From Candidatus Latescibacterota bacterium (GTDB taxonomy: Bacteria; Latescibacterota; UBA2968; UBA8231): a stretch of 64,000 nt of DNA. Positions 1-9,524 of the stretch are shown one piece after another. The notes below the pieces were generated by a model that saw nothing but the letters and a program-made list of their open reading frames with translations, did not search any database and was not told the origin of the DNA. Location: contig OZ244561.1 of assembly GCA_965217585.1 (NCBI GenBank), positions 2,496,001-2,560,000 of the forward strand, written 5' to 3'. Made by a program: the position numbers and the translations under genes. Within the stretch, counting starts at the first letter, position 1. The number at the start of each line of letters is the position of its first letter.

Positions 1-120
1 GCCGTCGAACATCTGCTCAGGATGTCCCTGGTTTTTGGTCCAGCCTCGGGATACGAAACCCTGATGCCACTCGTCGCCAAACCACGCGGCGCTGCGCAGC
101 GTCTTTTCGTCGCCTGCCAT
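1..120 (-). CDS. IlvD/Edd-family sugar-acid dehydratase (arabinonate/xylonate dehydratase-like), 5' end only; runs off window
   Basis: ATG at 120 gives MAGDEKTLRSAAWFGDEWHQGFVSRGWTKNQGHPEQMFDG, matching the LRSxxWF...RxWxKNQG...FDG N-terminus of pentonate dehydratases; 1 bp after the aldolase stop. Confidence 0.75.
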   Translation of the reverse strand, partial: MAGDEKTLRSAAWFGDEWHQGFVSRGWTKNQGHPEQMFDG

Positions 121-121
121 G

Positions 122-1003
122 CTACGCCGGCATCTCTCGCCGCGTGTGCGCTCGCCCCACTCGGACCGTTTCCTCGCTCCCTCCAGAGAACACTCGCGCC
201 CCAGCGTCAATTTTCTCAGCAACCGTTTCGGGTGCGGCCCCGTCCAAAAAGGCCACGCCGTTTTGCCGACACGCCGCCTTGACCCGCTCGTGCGTTTCCT
301 GCATCTCTTCGGGCCACGGCTGCGGCATCGTCCGATACCCCAGCGAAATGCTCAAGTCGCCCGGGCCCATTTCGGCAAAGCCGATCCCCGGTACGGACAG
401 GATTTCCTCAATGTGGGGCAGGGCTGCCACCGACTCGATCTTCAGCCCTAACAGCAACTCGCCTTCCGGGTTGAGCGGCCAAGGATCGGCCTTGGCCAGA
501 TACTCGTCGCGGCTCGCGCCCCACACGCCCGCACACACCCCCTCTGAGCCGACGCCGCGCGTGCCCCGGCCCAAGTCGGCTCCGACGCCGATGGTGTTGA
601 TCGGATAGCGGCACGACTCGACAAAGGCCCGGACGGCCGCGGCCGATTCGGCTTGGCAAAGCAAAATTCCGTGCGCACCCCGGCCCAAGATCTGCCGAAA
701 TTGCCAGGCGTTGTAGCGCACGATCTCCTCGGACCGGCCCTCGACCGGGGCTTCGACGATTATCGCCGGAGTCCGATGCCCGCTGCGGGTCGGCCCGCCG
801 GCAATCAGGCCGCGCAGGTACTCGTCTAGCCCGGCCATATCGAACGAACCGTGTTCCATGCCGACATTGATGTAGTCGGCCCAAGTTCCGGCGTCCTCTT
901 TGCCCTGCTCGTAGGTCAGCACGTGTCCGGCGTGGGCACCTGTGTAGTAGATTGGCTGATCCTCGGCGAGGAGTTCGACAGCGCGGTTGATTTTCTTACT
1001 CAT
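122..1003 (-). CDS. HpcH/HpaI aldolase/citrate lyase family protein
   Basis: 293 aa; MEHG, CRYP...GTRG, KIES and GPGDL motifs. Confidence 0.85.
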   Translation of the reverse strand: MSKKINRAVELLAEDQPIYYTGAHAGHVLTYEQGKEDAGTWADYINVGMEHGSFDMAGLDEYLRGLIAGGPTRSGHRTPAIIVEAPVEGRSEEIVRYNAWQFRQILGRGAHGILLCQAESAAAVRAFVESCRYPINTIGVGADLGRGTRGVGSEGVCAGVWGASRDEYLAKADPWPLNPEGELLLGLKIESVAALPHIEEILSVPGIGFAEMGPGDLSISLGYRTMPQPWPEEMQETHERVKAACRQNGVAFLDGAAPETVAEKIDAGARVFSGGSEETVRVGRAHTRREMPA

Positions 1004-1029
1004 CGAGATCGCTCCTTAAAAGGTGTGTT

Positions 1030-1890
1030 TTAATTCCACGAGTCCGCCCCCAAGAGCTTCCGCCCTAGGGAGGTCAACTCGGCCGGCTGCTGATGCTGGT
1101 GTTCCCAATCCCGCGCATCGCCGGGCCAGCCGGACGTTGGTCGCCGCTCCTGCCAGGCCGCGATTCGATCCTGGCGCGCGGCCTCTCCGTTTGCAGGTGC
1201 CGGCGACATGGTGATATACTGCGCCAAGCGCGGCTGATCGGATCGATTGTGGCCATTGCCGTGGGCCAACAACCGATGCCAGATCAGCAAGTCTCCGGCT
1301 TGGCCCGCAATCGACTGGACCGTTAGCCCTGTTAGATCGGGTTTGCGCGTGTTGCGATCCGCTGGTTGGGTCTTGACCCATTCGTCGAACGTCCGGTGAA
1401 AGCCAAGTACGCACTGGAAGCCGCCTTGGTCCTCCGCCGTATCCGTCAAATACAGCACTCCTTGCACCCCAAAGGATACCGGCTGCTGTGCCGTATCGGC
1501 ATCCCAGTGAATCATCCCCTTGTTGCACCATTCGGGCCGATCCTCGCGCGCCGGTGGTTTCATATTGGCCCGGTCCAGCGAAACCCACAATTTTTCGTCG
1601 CCCCAGATCTCGGCAAAAGCCTGATGCACCTTGGGGTACTGTCGATTGTCCCACAGGGCTTGGTGCTGGTAGATTTCGACCATCCCCGCCGCTGAGATCG
1701 GCGAGCACAGATTGTCGCGGGTATAGGGCTGGTACTTGTACCATTCCTCTTCGCGTTCTGGATCCATCTCCAAGAATTCCCAGATCGCCGTCACCATCGC
1801 GTCCAAGTTTTCCTCGGGCACGGCGTTGTGGACGACCACATAGCCATTCTCCTCCCAGAAGGCCCGATCTTCTTTGCTCAATACTGGCAT
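1030..1890 (-). CDS. Phytanoyl-CoA dioxygenase (PhyH) family Fe(II)/2OG oxygenase
   Basis: FWEENGYVVV start, HWD and distal H (LAHGNG); GGAGGAG RBS before ATG 1890. Confidence 0.9.
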   Translation of the reverse strand: MPVLSKEDRAFWEENGYVVVHNAVPEENLDAMVTAIWEFLEMDPEREEEWYKYQPYTRDNLCSPISAAGMVEIYQHQALWDNRQYPKVHQAFAEIWGDEKLWVSLDRANMKPPAREDRPEWCNKGMIHWDADTAQQPVSFGVQGVLYLTDTAEDQGGFQCVLGFHRTFDEWVKTQPADRNTRKPDLTGLTVQSIAGQAGDLLIWHRLLAHGNGHNRSDQPRLAQYITMSPAPANGEAARQDRIAAWQERRPTSGWPGDARDWEHQHQQPAELTSLGRKLLGADSWN

Positions 1891-1926
1891 ATTCTCTCCT
1901 CCAAGTAGTCCTGCGTTCACGCCAAC

Positions 1927-2940
1927 TTATCCGTACACCATCTGTATCAATGCCCGAATATACCCAATCGCATACGCCTTCCCATACAACGACCCGTACC
2001 CATGGGCAAAAGACGGCGTATGGTCCATCATATACGGCCCATTAAACCCATTATCGCGATATACTTCCATTGCTCGCCGCATATCCACTTCCCCTTCATC
2101 CATGAAGACCTCGGTAAATCGCGGCAACTGCCCGCGCACGTTGCGGAAATGCACCCACGCGATCTTGCCCTTTGCAGCCATCTCGGCGATTGCATCGTAA
2201 ATCTTCTCTGGCCCTAGCAACTCGGTCATGCACCCCTGGCAAAAGAGCATGCAATTGCTGTCGCTCGGCGCGATCTCGAAGAAGATCCTGCGGAACTGCT
2301 CCAAGGTCGAACAAATCTGCGCCACGCCCCCTAGCGGCTCGGGAATCGGCGGGTCGTCCGGGTGCAGGGCCATCCGCACCCCCGCCTTTTCGGCCGCGGG
2401 GATCACCGCCGCTAAAAATCGCTCCATCCGCGCCCACATCTGCGCCTCGTCCACCGGAGGCTCGTGCGGTTCGGGCCGGTTTTTATTAAAAACCGCGTAG
2501 TCGAACGTACTGTATCGCACGCCGCCCCTACCTGTATCCGCAGGAGTGCGAAAATTGCCCATGGGTTTGAAGTTCCAGCCCACGCAGGGAATGCCGGCTT
2601 GGCCCACGCTCTCCAGCATCTTGCACCAGTGGCCGATCTTCTCGTCCATGTCCTCCCCGGCCAAGGTGATCTCCTCCCAAGCGGGCATGAAGATATTGTT
2701 CAGCTTCATGCCATGCGCCTCGACCTTTTCCCGCGCCTGCGCCAACGCGTCAATGCAGTCCTTGCCGGCTTTTAAATCCTGCGCCAGCGACGTATTCGCC
2801 GAGCCGGTACCGCCCCGACGCCCCGCGACGGGCGCTCCCCCGCGCAACTCCAGATGGATTGAGTCCACCCCAATCGCGCGAAAGAAGCTCAGATGCTCGT
2901 CGTCGAGTTCGCCGATGGAAACTTGGTCTTGGATATACAT
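1927..2940 (-). CDS. uxuA: Mannonate dehydratase (UxuA) family protein
   Basis: MALHPDDPP, FCQG, VHFRNVRG, MDHTP and AYAIGYIRAL motifs. Confidence 0.8.
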   Translation of the reverse strand: MYIQDQVSIGELDDEHLSFFRAIGVDSIHLELRGGAPVAGRRGGTGSANTSLAQDLKAGKDCIDALAQAREKVEAHGMKLNNIFMPAWEEITLAGEDMDEKIGHWCKMLESVGQAGIPCVGWNFKPMGNFRTPADTGRGGVRYSTFDYAVFNKNRPEPHEPPVDEAQMWARMERFLAAVIPAAEKAGVRMALHPDDPPIPEPLGGVAQICSTLEQFRRIFFEIAPSDSNCMLFCQGCMTELLGPEKIYDAIAEMAAKGKIAWVHFRNVRGQLPRFTEVFMDEGEVDMRRAMEVYRDNGFNGPYMMDHTPSFAHGYGSLYGKAYAIGYIRALIQMVYG

Positions 2941-3002
2941 CAGTCGCTTTCTTTTTTTCTGCAACCCTCCGCGTCAACACCTCGCCCAGCGCGGGTTTAC
3001 CA

Positions 3003-3908
3003 TCAGGCGACCGGCCGATCCCGCTGGTTCTGGCCGCCGTAGCGGAAGCCCGGCACGTTGTCAGCGCAGTACGTTCCGCGAAACAGGGTCTGCCGCATCG
3101 GCGGCATCTGTTCGACGAGTTCGGCCGGCGGCGACCACGAGCTCCAGCGCGAGCCAACGCTATTGTAGAGGTTGAATATGCCCACCCGCTCGTTGTCGGC
3201 ATTGGTCCACGGAGAGGTGCTGTGCGCTAGGGCTTCGGTAAAAAATAACACCGACCCAGCCGGGCACTCGTATGTTTCCCACACCGCCGAATGCGGGTCT
3301 TGAATGGCGGCGGGCGCGGGATATGCGGCCTTGTGACTCCCCGTAGCTAAGAGCGTGCCGCCCTGTCTCATTTTGACCGGTGCTAGCTCCCACACCACCC
3401 GCGTCAACCCGCTAAAGGACTTGCCGGGAATACTCTGGTAGTGGTGCGAATCCACGGCAAAGCGAAAGAAGCCGCTGCCGTTGTGCGGGTTGAAAACGCC
3501 TTCCCGCTCGGGGGTTGCCGCCGGATTGCGCAAGTTGCTGCCCTCCATGCGAAATCCGTAGCATTCGGCGCTCGACAGCCCTGGGAACGCCAGAAACTCG
3601 TTGAGGAAGCCCACTACCACCGGATGATCGGTCAGCTTTTCCAACGGCCCAGCCACAAAAGAACGCTCATGCTCCGGCAGCGACTCCGGGTGCTGCTGCA
3701 CGCGCAATGCGTACTCGCGCATGGCCTCAATCTCGTCGTCGGCCAATACCCCAGGCACCAAGAGCCACCCGCGAACATCGAAGAGGTATTTCTGCTCGTC
3801 GGTCAACTCGACGACCGGCTCGCCATCGGCATTTTTTTGCGGCAGGTCGCCTTCCTCCACCAGCAACGGCTGCCCCAGATTCTTATCCACTACGTATGCT
3901 TCGCTCAT
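3003..3908 (-). CDS. PhyH-family dioxygenase, non-canonical (HNG instead of HxD)
   Basis: QKYLFDVRGWL, GSHKA, GSVLFFTEALAH. Confidence 0.8.
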   Translation of the reverse strand: MSEAYVVDKNLGQPLLVEEGDLPQKNADGEPVVELTDEQKYLFDVRGWLLVPGVLADDEIEAMREYALRVQQHPESLPEHERSFVAGPLEKLTDHPVVVGFLNEFLAFPGLSSAECYGFRMEGSNLRNPAATPEREGVFNPHNGSGFFRFAVDSHHYQSIPGKSFSGLTRVVWELAPVKMRQGGTLLATGSHKAAYPAPAAIQDPHSAVWETYECPAGSVLFFTEALAHSTSPWTNADNERVGIFNLYNSVGSRWSSWSPPAELVEQMPPMRQTLFRGTYCADNVPGFRYGGQNQRDRPVA

Positions 3909-3987
3909 CTCGTGTATCCCCTTTTGATTTTATTGCAATCCCGAAAGACTTGAACGATTCGAGATGCGGATCGTTTTGTTTCTACTA

Positions 3988-4017
3988 TTCTGCGTCCATC
4001 TGCGTCCATCTGCGGAT
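3988..4017 (+). repeat. Three tandem decamers ATCTGCGTCC ending ATCTGCGGAT
   Basis: ttctgcgtcc atctgcgtcc atctgcggat; related copies at 11396 and 52852. Confidence 0.8.
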
Positions 4018-4029
4018 TATCTTATAACG

Positions 4030-4881
4030 TTAGTCAACTCGCAAAAATGGCGGGGCCGGCGACTTGTTTTCTCCATCCACCTCGTATTCGTCCGGCGGAA
4101 AATTCCGGCACAATGCGCCCTTTCGCATCACCCAATGGAGATTTCCCCAAGTGCGCGGCGAGCGGTCGGCCAGGGCTGGCGTGGTATAGACGCCAGCGAT
4201 GCCGATCCGGCTCTGCGGACTCTCGTTGACCGGACTGTAGTGCCACATACTGCTGTGCCAGCAGACTACATCGCCTGGTGCCAGCTCGATGTGCTCGACG
4301 CCGCGCTCGGCCTTTAAGGCCTCAACCCGCTCCCTCGGCAACTCGCCGTGGATGCTGTCGTCGTAGAGCACGTGCTCGACGATTTCGGTTTTGTGGCTTC
4401 CCGGAATGAACTGCAAGCAGCCATTTTCGCGTTTGGCCGGGTCGAGGGCCATCCAGAAGTTGAACGGCTCAGTCTCGCCATCGCGCCACAGCCCGTTGTC
4501 TTGGTGCCAGGGCGTGGCCGCTCCCGTCTTGGCCGGCTTGACGAAGACGCTGCTGAACTTGAGCAGGATATCGTCGCCCAGATAATACCGCGCCAGCGGT
4601 GCCATCGCCCCGGCGTGTACCGTGTGCCAGACTAGCGGCGCGGTGTGGCACCAGCGGTTGAACTTGCGAAAGCGCTGCGCCCGCGCCTCGGGCGTATCGC
4701 CCATTGGGTCCATGGGGTCGGCGTCCGTGCGCACATTCTCGGGCTCGGGCGTGTACAGGACGTTCTTGATCACCCCGCGCATCTCTGCCGCTTGCTCGGC
4801 CGTCGCGACCCCAGGCACTGTGAAATAGCCCTTCTCCTCCCACGCTTGGGCTTGGGCTGGGGTGGGTTGCCAGTTTTTCAT
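4030..4881 (-). CDS. PhyH-family dioxygenase
   Basis: WHQD, ENGCLQFIPGSH, WHYSPVN. Confidence 0.9.
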   Translation of the reverse strand: MKNWQPTPAQAQAWEEKGYFTVPGVATAEQAAEMRGVIKNVLYTPEPENVRTDADPMDPMGDTPEARAQRFRKFNRWCHTAPLVWHTVHAGAMAPLARYYLGDDILLKFSSVFVKPAKTGAATPWHQDNGLWRDGETEPFNFWMALDPAKRENGCLQFIPGSHKTEIVEHVLYDDSIHGELPRERVEALKAERGVEHIELAPGDVVCWHSSMWHYSPVNESPQSRIGIAGVYTTPALADRSPRTWGNLHWVMRKGALCRNFPPDEYEVDGENKSPAPPFLRVD

Positions 4882-4893
4882 GCGTCCTCCATC

Positions 4894-6033
4894 TCAGTGC
4901 TCTTCAACCACTAGTGAGCCGAACTTCTCCTCGTCCCACTCTGCGCCCCAACCCGGCCCATCCGGGGGCGCGATGTGCCCTTCTTCAATCAAGGGCGCAT
5001 TGAGCAAACCCCATCGCGCTCCGGTCTGCCGCAAGCTATCGGCCGTTGCCCCGAAAAACTCGTAGAAATCCGTGTTGTCGATACAGCAACCCAAGTGCGC
5101 GTGTACCAGCCCATCCAACGCCCCGCCGCCATTCAGTTCGATATTCGCGCCGTGCAACTCGGCCAGATGCGCCAGCTTCAGCACCTGCGTCGTCCCGTGC
5201 CGGGCATTGCCCCGCAGGCGATCGGTCGCCCCTTGGATCAGCCATTGCGCCGTCAAGTCGATGTCGTGCATCAGCATCTCGGTGCCCATCACCGGAATGG
5301 TCAACGCTCGGCACAGCTCCTGATATTGATTCATCTTCTGCTCGTGCATCGGCTCTTCCAACCACACAAAATCTAGTTCCTCCAGCACGCGCCCCACTTC
5401 AAGGGCCTCGCGCAAGTCATAGGAACAGACTGGATCGGTGATCAACTCGTAATCCGGTCCCACGGCATCCCGCACGGCCCTGTAAATGGGGATATCGGCC
5501 TTTCCTCCTTTATACGTGTGAAACTTGTACGCCCCAATACCCATTTCCTTACCGGTCTCTATGGCCCTGAGGTACCCCTCTATATCCGTATCCCCGCCGG
5601 TCAGATACGCGGGCAGGCGCGGCCGCACGCGTCCCACCAACGCATAGACCGGCAGCCCCGCGGCCTTGCCCAAAATGTCCCATAGACAGTTGTCAAACGC
5701 CCCAAACCAACCCGGGGGCTGGTACACCCACCGAGTTCCCTTCCAAAACTGCTGAAACAACCCCTCGCGCTCCCACGGACTCCGCCCCACCGAGTGATAC
5801 CGCACGATGTCGGCCTGATAGGGAGTCATCGACGTATCGCTACGCCCCACAACCCCCTCGTCCGTGTGGACTTCCAAAAAGCTCTGCCGCACCGGGCGCA
5901 GTGTCGCGTCGCTCCGGCCCTTGTGCGTGTACTGTATCCTCCTCAACCTCTCTACCCGCGCAATCTCGTGCCCGACGCTTCCTTGGTGGTCGGGGTCTTC
6001 CAAGACTAGCAACTTCACAGCGGTAATTTTCAC
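4894..6033 (-). CDS. Mandelate racemase/muconate lactonizing enzyme family (enolase superfamily)
   Basis: GTG 6033 after AAGGAGG; DNCLWDILGK, WLEEP, PGWGAE. Confidence 0.85.
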   Translation of the reverse strand: MKITAVKLLVLEDPDHQGSVGHEIARVERLRRIQYTHKGRSDATLRPVRQSFLEVHTDEGVVGRSDTSMTPYQADIVRYHSVGRSPWEREGLFQQFWKGTRWVYQPPGWFGAFDNCLWDILGKAAGLPVYALVGRVRPRLPAYLTGGDTDIEGYLRAIETGKEMGIGAYKFHTYKGGKADIPIYRAVRDAVGPDYELITDPVCSYDLREALEVGRVLEELDFVWLEEPMHEQKMNQYQELCRALTIPVMGTEMLMHDIDLTAQWLIQGATDRLRGNARHGTTQVLKLAHLAELHGANIELNGGGALDGLVHAHLGCCIDNTDFYEFFGATADSLRQTGARWGLLNAPLIEEGHIAPPDGPGWGAEWDEEKFGSLVVEEH

Positions 6034-6105
6034 GGTTCCCTCCTTTTTCTTGCGATTGGCATACCCTATACTTCCCCCCAATGACTGTCAACTAAGGAAT
6101 CCATT

Positions 6106-7242
6106 GTGAAAATCGCTGCCATCGAAACCTTCGACCTCACCTGTCCCCTCGAACGCCCCTTTGGCTGGTCCCAAGGCTGGATCGACCAGCGCGTCACCAC
6201 GCTCGTCAAAGTCACCACGGACGACGGCCTCGTCGGCTGGGGCGAAGGCGCGGCTGCCGGTCTCATCGACGGCTTGCTCGCCCCGCTGCTCATCGGCCAA
6301 GACCCCATGGACCGCGCAGGGCTCTGGGAGCGCATGTTCCACGCTCTCTACAACGGCAACAACGCGGTCGGCCTAGCCGGCAGCGCCCTTTCCGCGCTCG
6401 ACATCGCCCTTTGGGATCTCGCTGGCAAAGCCACCGGCCTCCCGGTCTGCGCCCTCCTCGGCGGCAAGGTCCGCGATAAAATCGCCGTCTATGCCACCGG
6501 CCTCTACTATACCGAAGGCGAGTTTCCCGACCGTCTGCTCGACGAGGCGCGGAGCTATGTGGCCGCAGGCTTCAAGGGGATGAAGACCAAGGTCGGGGGG
6601 CTGTCCATCGCCGAGGATGTCGCGCGCGTCCGGGCACTGCGCGAGGCCATCGGCCCGGACATTCATCTCATGGTCGATGCCAACGAAGCCTACAACGCCA
6701 CCACGGCGATTCGCATCGGCCAGAAGCTGGCCGAGCTGGACCTGGTGTGGTTTGAAGAGCCGGTCAACGCCCAGGACTTGGACGGCTATTTGGAAGTCAA
6801 AGCGGCGCTGCCCATGGCCATTGCCGGCGGCGAGAACCTGCGCACCCGCTACGAATTCAAACCCTATCTAACGCGCCGCGCCTACGACATTGTCCAGCCT
6901 GACATCATGCACTGCGGCGGCATCACCGAAATGCAGCGCATCTGCGCCATGGCCAATGCCTGCGGCATTCAGGTCAACCCTCACGTCTGGGGATCACCCG
7001 TTATGATCGCCGCTACTTTGCATCTAGCTGCCACCTTGCCGCCCTGCCCACCAGCGCGCAACGCCCAGCCCTATATGCAGGAGCCGGTGATGGAATTCGA
7101 CCGCACGCCAAGTGCCATCCGCCAAGAGCTATGCGCGGTGCCGTTTGACCAAGAGGACAGCTTTGTGCGCGTGCCGACTGGGCCGGGATTGGGGATTGAG
7201 GTGGATGAAGAAGCGGTCGGGAATTTGCGGGCCTCTCGGTGA
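6106..7242 (+). CDS. Mandelate racemase-family enzyme, D-galactarolactone cycloisomerase (Gci)-like
   Basis: DIALWDLAGK, KTKVG, VDAN, FEEP, GGEN, QPD, PHVWG and EPVMEFDRT. Confidence 0.85.
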   Translation: MKIAAIETFDLTCPLERPFGWSQGWIDQRVTTLVKVTTDDGLVGWGEGAAAGLIDGLLAPLLIGQDPMDRAGLWERMFHALYNGNNAVGLAGSALSALDIALWDLAGKATGLPVCALLGGKVRDKIAVYATGLYYTEGEFPDRLLDEARSYVAAGFKGMKTKVGGLSIAEDVARVRALREAIGPDIHLMVDANEAYNATTAIRIGQKLAELDLVWFEEPVNAQDLDGYLEVKAALPMAIAGGENLRTRYEFKPYLTRRAYDIVQPDIMHCGGITEMQRICAMANACGIQVNPHVWGSPVMIAATLHLAATLPPCPPARNAQPYMQEPVMEFDRTPSAIRQELCAVPFDQEDSFVRVPTGPGLGIEVDEEAVGNLRASR

Positions 7243-8165
7243 CGGCGAGCGACCGGACGGAGCGTCGATCACTAGGCCTGACCCTTGCCTTTACCACCCT
7301 GCTGTTGTGGGGTGCTCTGCCCGTGGTGCTCAAGCTGCTGTTGCAATCGCTGGACCCCTTTACAGTTACTTGGTACCGTTTCCTGCTCGCGGGGGCCATG
7401 CTAGTCCCCGTCATCCACTTTCGCTACGGCCTCGCTTCGCCTTTTCGGATTCGCGGCGCAGCCTTGGCTCTAGCGGTGGTTTGCGTTCTCGGCCTCGGCG
7501 GCAACTACCTGACTTATCTAATGGGTCTGAGCCGCATCTCGCCTGGCTCAGCTCAGATCGTGATGCAGTTTTCGCCAATAATTGTGCTCTTGGGCGGGTT
7601 GATCCTCTTCAAAGAACCCTTTAGCCGTCTGCAATGGATCGGCCTCGGCGTGCTGATCGTGGGGATGGGGCTATTTTTCAATCAGCGCTTCGCCGAGCTG
7701 CTCTCCTTGGTGGAAAACTATGGCATCGGCGTTTGGCTCGTCTTTACCTCGGCCATCCTCTGGGGGGTCTTCATGCTGGCGCAAAAACCCCTGCTGCGGC
7801 ACCTACCTTCGACCTCAATCATGGCCTTGGTCTATTGGTTTGGTATGCTGCTCTTCCTGCCTTTGGCCCAGCCGAGCCGCATATTCGACCTGCCGACCAT
7901 CCCCTGCTTGCTCTTGGCCTGCTCGGTCGTCTTCACCCTCGTCTCCTATCTCAGCTTCGCCGAATCGCTCAAGCGGATGGAGGCTTCGCGCATAGGCGCA
8001 CTGGTCTCGCTGACGCCCCTGATCACTATAGCTATGTTGGGCCTACTCGCTCTCTTCGACCCCAACCTAGTCCCCATGGAACCCCTCAACAGACCCGCCG
8101 TCGGCGGTATCATACTGGTGGTCGTCGGATCGATGTGTAGTACCTTGGGCAAGAGCGCCTCCTAA
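7239..8165 (+). CDS. DMT/EamA family transporter
   Basis: About 10 hydrophobic segments, LLWGALP, two EamA repeats; GTGA overlap with upstream gene. Confidence 0.9.
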   Translation: MTASDRTERRSLGLTLAFTTLLLWGALPVVLKLLLQSLDPFTVTWYRFLLAGAMLVPVIHFRYGLASPFRIRGAALALAVVCVLGLGGNYLTYLMGLSRISPGSAQIVMQFSPIIVLLGGLILFKEPFSRLQWIGLGVLIVGMGLFFNQRFAELLSLVENYGIGVWLVFTSAILWGVFMLAQKPLLRHLPSTSIMALVYWFGMLLFLPLAQPSRIFDLPTIPCLLLACSVVFTLVSYLSFAESLKRMEASRIGALVSLTPLITIAMLGLLALFDPNLVPMEPLNRPAVGGIILVVVGSMCSTLGKSAS

Positions 8166-8207
8166 CGGCCTAAAGCAGAGCGAGGAAACATCCCGAGGAA
8201 CTCATTA

Positions 8208-8262
8208 GCCGGGATTGAGGGTTGAAGTGGATGAAGAGATCGTCGCGAGGTTGCAGCGATAA
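8208..8262 (+). pseudogene. Decayed duplicate of the 3' end of the 6106-7242 enolase gene
   Basis: Reads PGLRVEVDEEIVARLQR* versus PGLGIEVDEEAVGNLRASR*; 27/30 nt identical to 7182-7211. Confidence 0.75.
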
Positions 8263-8282
8263 CCCTATAAGGAGCCAATTCT

Positions 8283-9452
8283 ATGGTATTCTCAAGAGTA
8301 TTCAGTGCGGCTTTGGCTGTGGTCCTTCTATTCGCGCAGGGCAGATTTGTCGAAGCAACGGAGGTCCAGCTTTTCTCCCCATCTGTACGCGTCAACGGGA
8401 TGGGGCAGGCGGGCGTCGCTCTCCCGGACGAGCCCGCGGGCTACTACAATCCTGGTGCGGCAGCCCTATCGTCTCCTACACACACCCTGCAGAGCCGCTT
8501 CTATCTGAGCGGACTGCCGGTATTCGAGGAGGACATTACCTACAGCTATTTTGCCGCCCAAGCTGCAACCGAGCGGGCTTTCGACCGTCTCTCTTGGAAG
8601 GGTCCAACAAGGCTTAGAGCAGCATTCTACGGATATCGGACGGAGTTGGATTTCGGACAAGTTTTCCCCAATGATGTGGAGGTAGCCAACAATATAGGCA
8701 TCAGCTTGGCCTTGAGGTCCGTCGTGGAAGTAGGCATCGGTGCTACCGCTAAGTGGATTTCATCCGAACTTGGTTGGTTAGAAGGATCCGCCAAGACACA
8801 CGATCTCGGTCTCATGGCGGTAGTACCGGTAGTCGGTGTTGTGGAACGCCTCACAGGGTGGGCCCTTGCCCCTAATCATCACCTCCAGCCCAAGTTTGAT
8901 TTCGGGTTGGGCGTCATGTGGCAGAATCATGGGAAGGCAGCCGTTACCCACATCGCTCGGTCACAGGGGCTTGATTCTGACTTTGAAGAGTCCCTTGAGC
9001 GGATGGTTCCCTATATTCTACCGACGATCAAGCGGCACGGATGGTCGTATAGCTCTGGAATGGACTGGCATTCCGACTCTTTCAGCCTCGCCCTTGGGCG
9101 AGTGACATTCTCCCAAGAAATCTCCCGACGAACCGACTACGACCATATCACGGGCCTTGCGGATCGCAGCAGTGAGCGCGACAAAAGCGGGGTTGAAGTT
9201 TCGATCCTGGAAACGGTCTCTATTCGGCGAGGTGAGTACGAGGTCGTCTATCCCACCAAGACCTCGGGGTGGACCGTCAAGTCCGATGGCCTCTTCAAGA
9301 TCATTGCCCACTTTCTCGACAGTAAAGCGCCCAGATCCAAACGCGATGCACTCCAGTTCCTTGCCAGACACTTGTCGATCAGTTGGTCCCGGTTCGAAAA
9401 CAATCCGGCATGGTTGGCCCGCAGCCACTCCTTTATCGGCCTGTCGTTCTGA
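8283..9452 (+). CDS. PorV/PorQ-like outer-membrane beta-barrel protein
   Basis: Signal peptide; SPSVRVNGMGQAGVA...YYNPG motif; C-terminal IGLSF. Confidence 0.7.
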   Translation: MVFSRVFSAALAVVLLFAQGRFVEATEVQLFSPSVRVNGMGQAGVALPDEPAGYYNPGAAALSSPTHTLQSRFYLSGLPVFEEDITYSYFAAQAATERAFDRLSWKGPTRLRAAFYGYRTELDFGQVFPNDVEVANNIGISLALRSVVEVGIGATAKWISSELGWLEGSAKTHDLGLMAVVPVVGVVERLTGWALAPNHHLQPKFDFGLGVMWQNHGKAAVTHIARSQGLDSDFEESLERMVPYILPTIKRHGWSYSSGMDWHSDSFSLALGRVTFSQEISRRTDYDHITGLADRSSERDKSGVEVSILETVSIRRGEYEVVYPTKTSGWTVKSDGLFKIIAHFLDSKAPRSKRDALQFLARHLSISWSRFENNPAWLARSHSFIGLSF

Positions 9453-9524
9453 GTAGCGGATTCCCTGCTCGCGCCAATCAATTCGCCTCCAGCCCAAGAG
9501 CATCGCGAGGAGACCGAAGCACCA

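Noticed and set aside
3988-4017. Decamer repeats as a CRISPR array
   Set aside because: Ten-bp units without spacers and no cas genes
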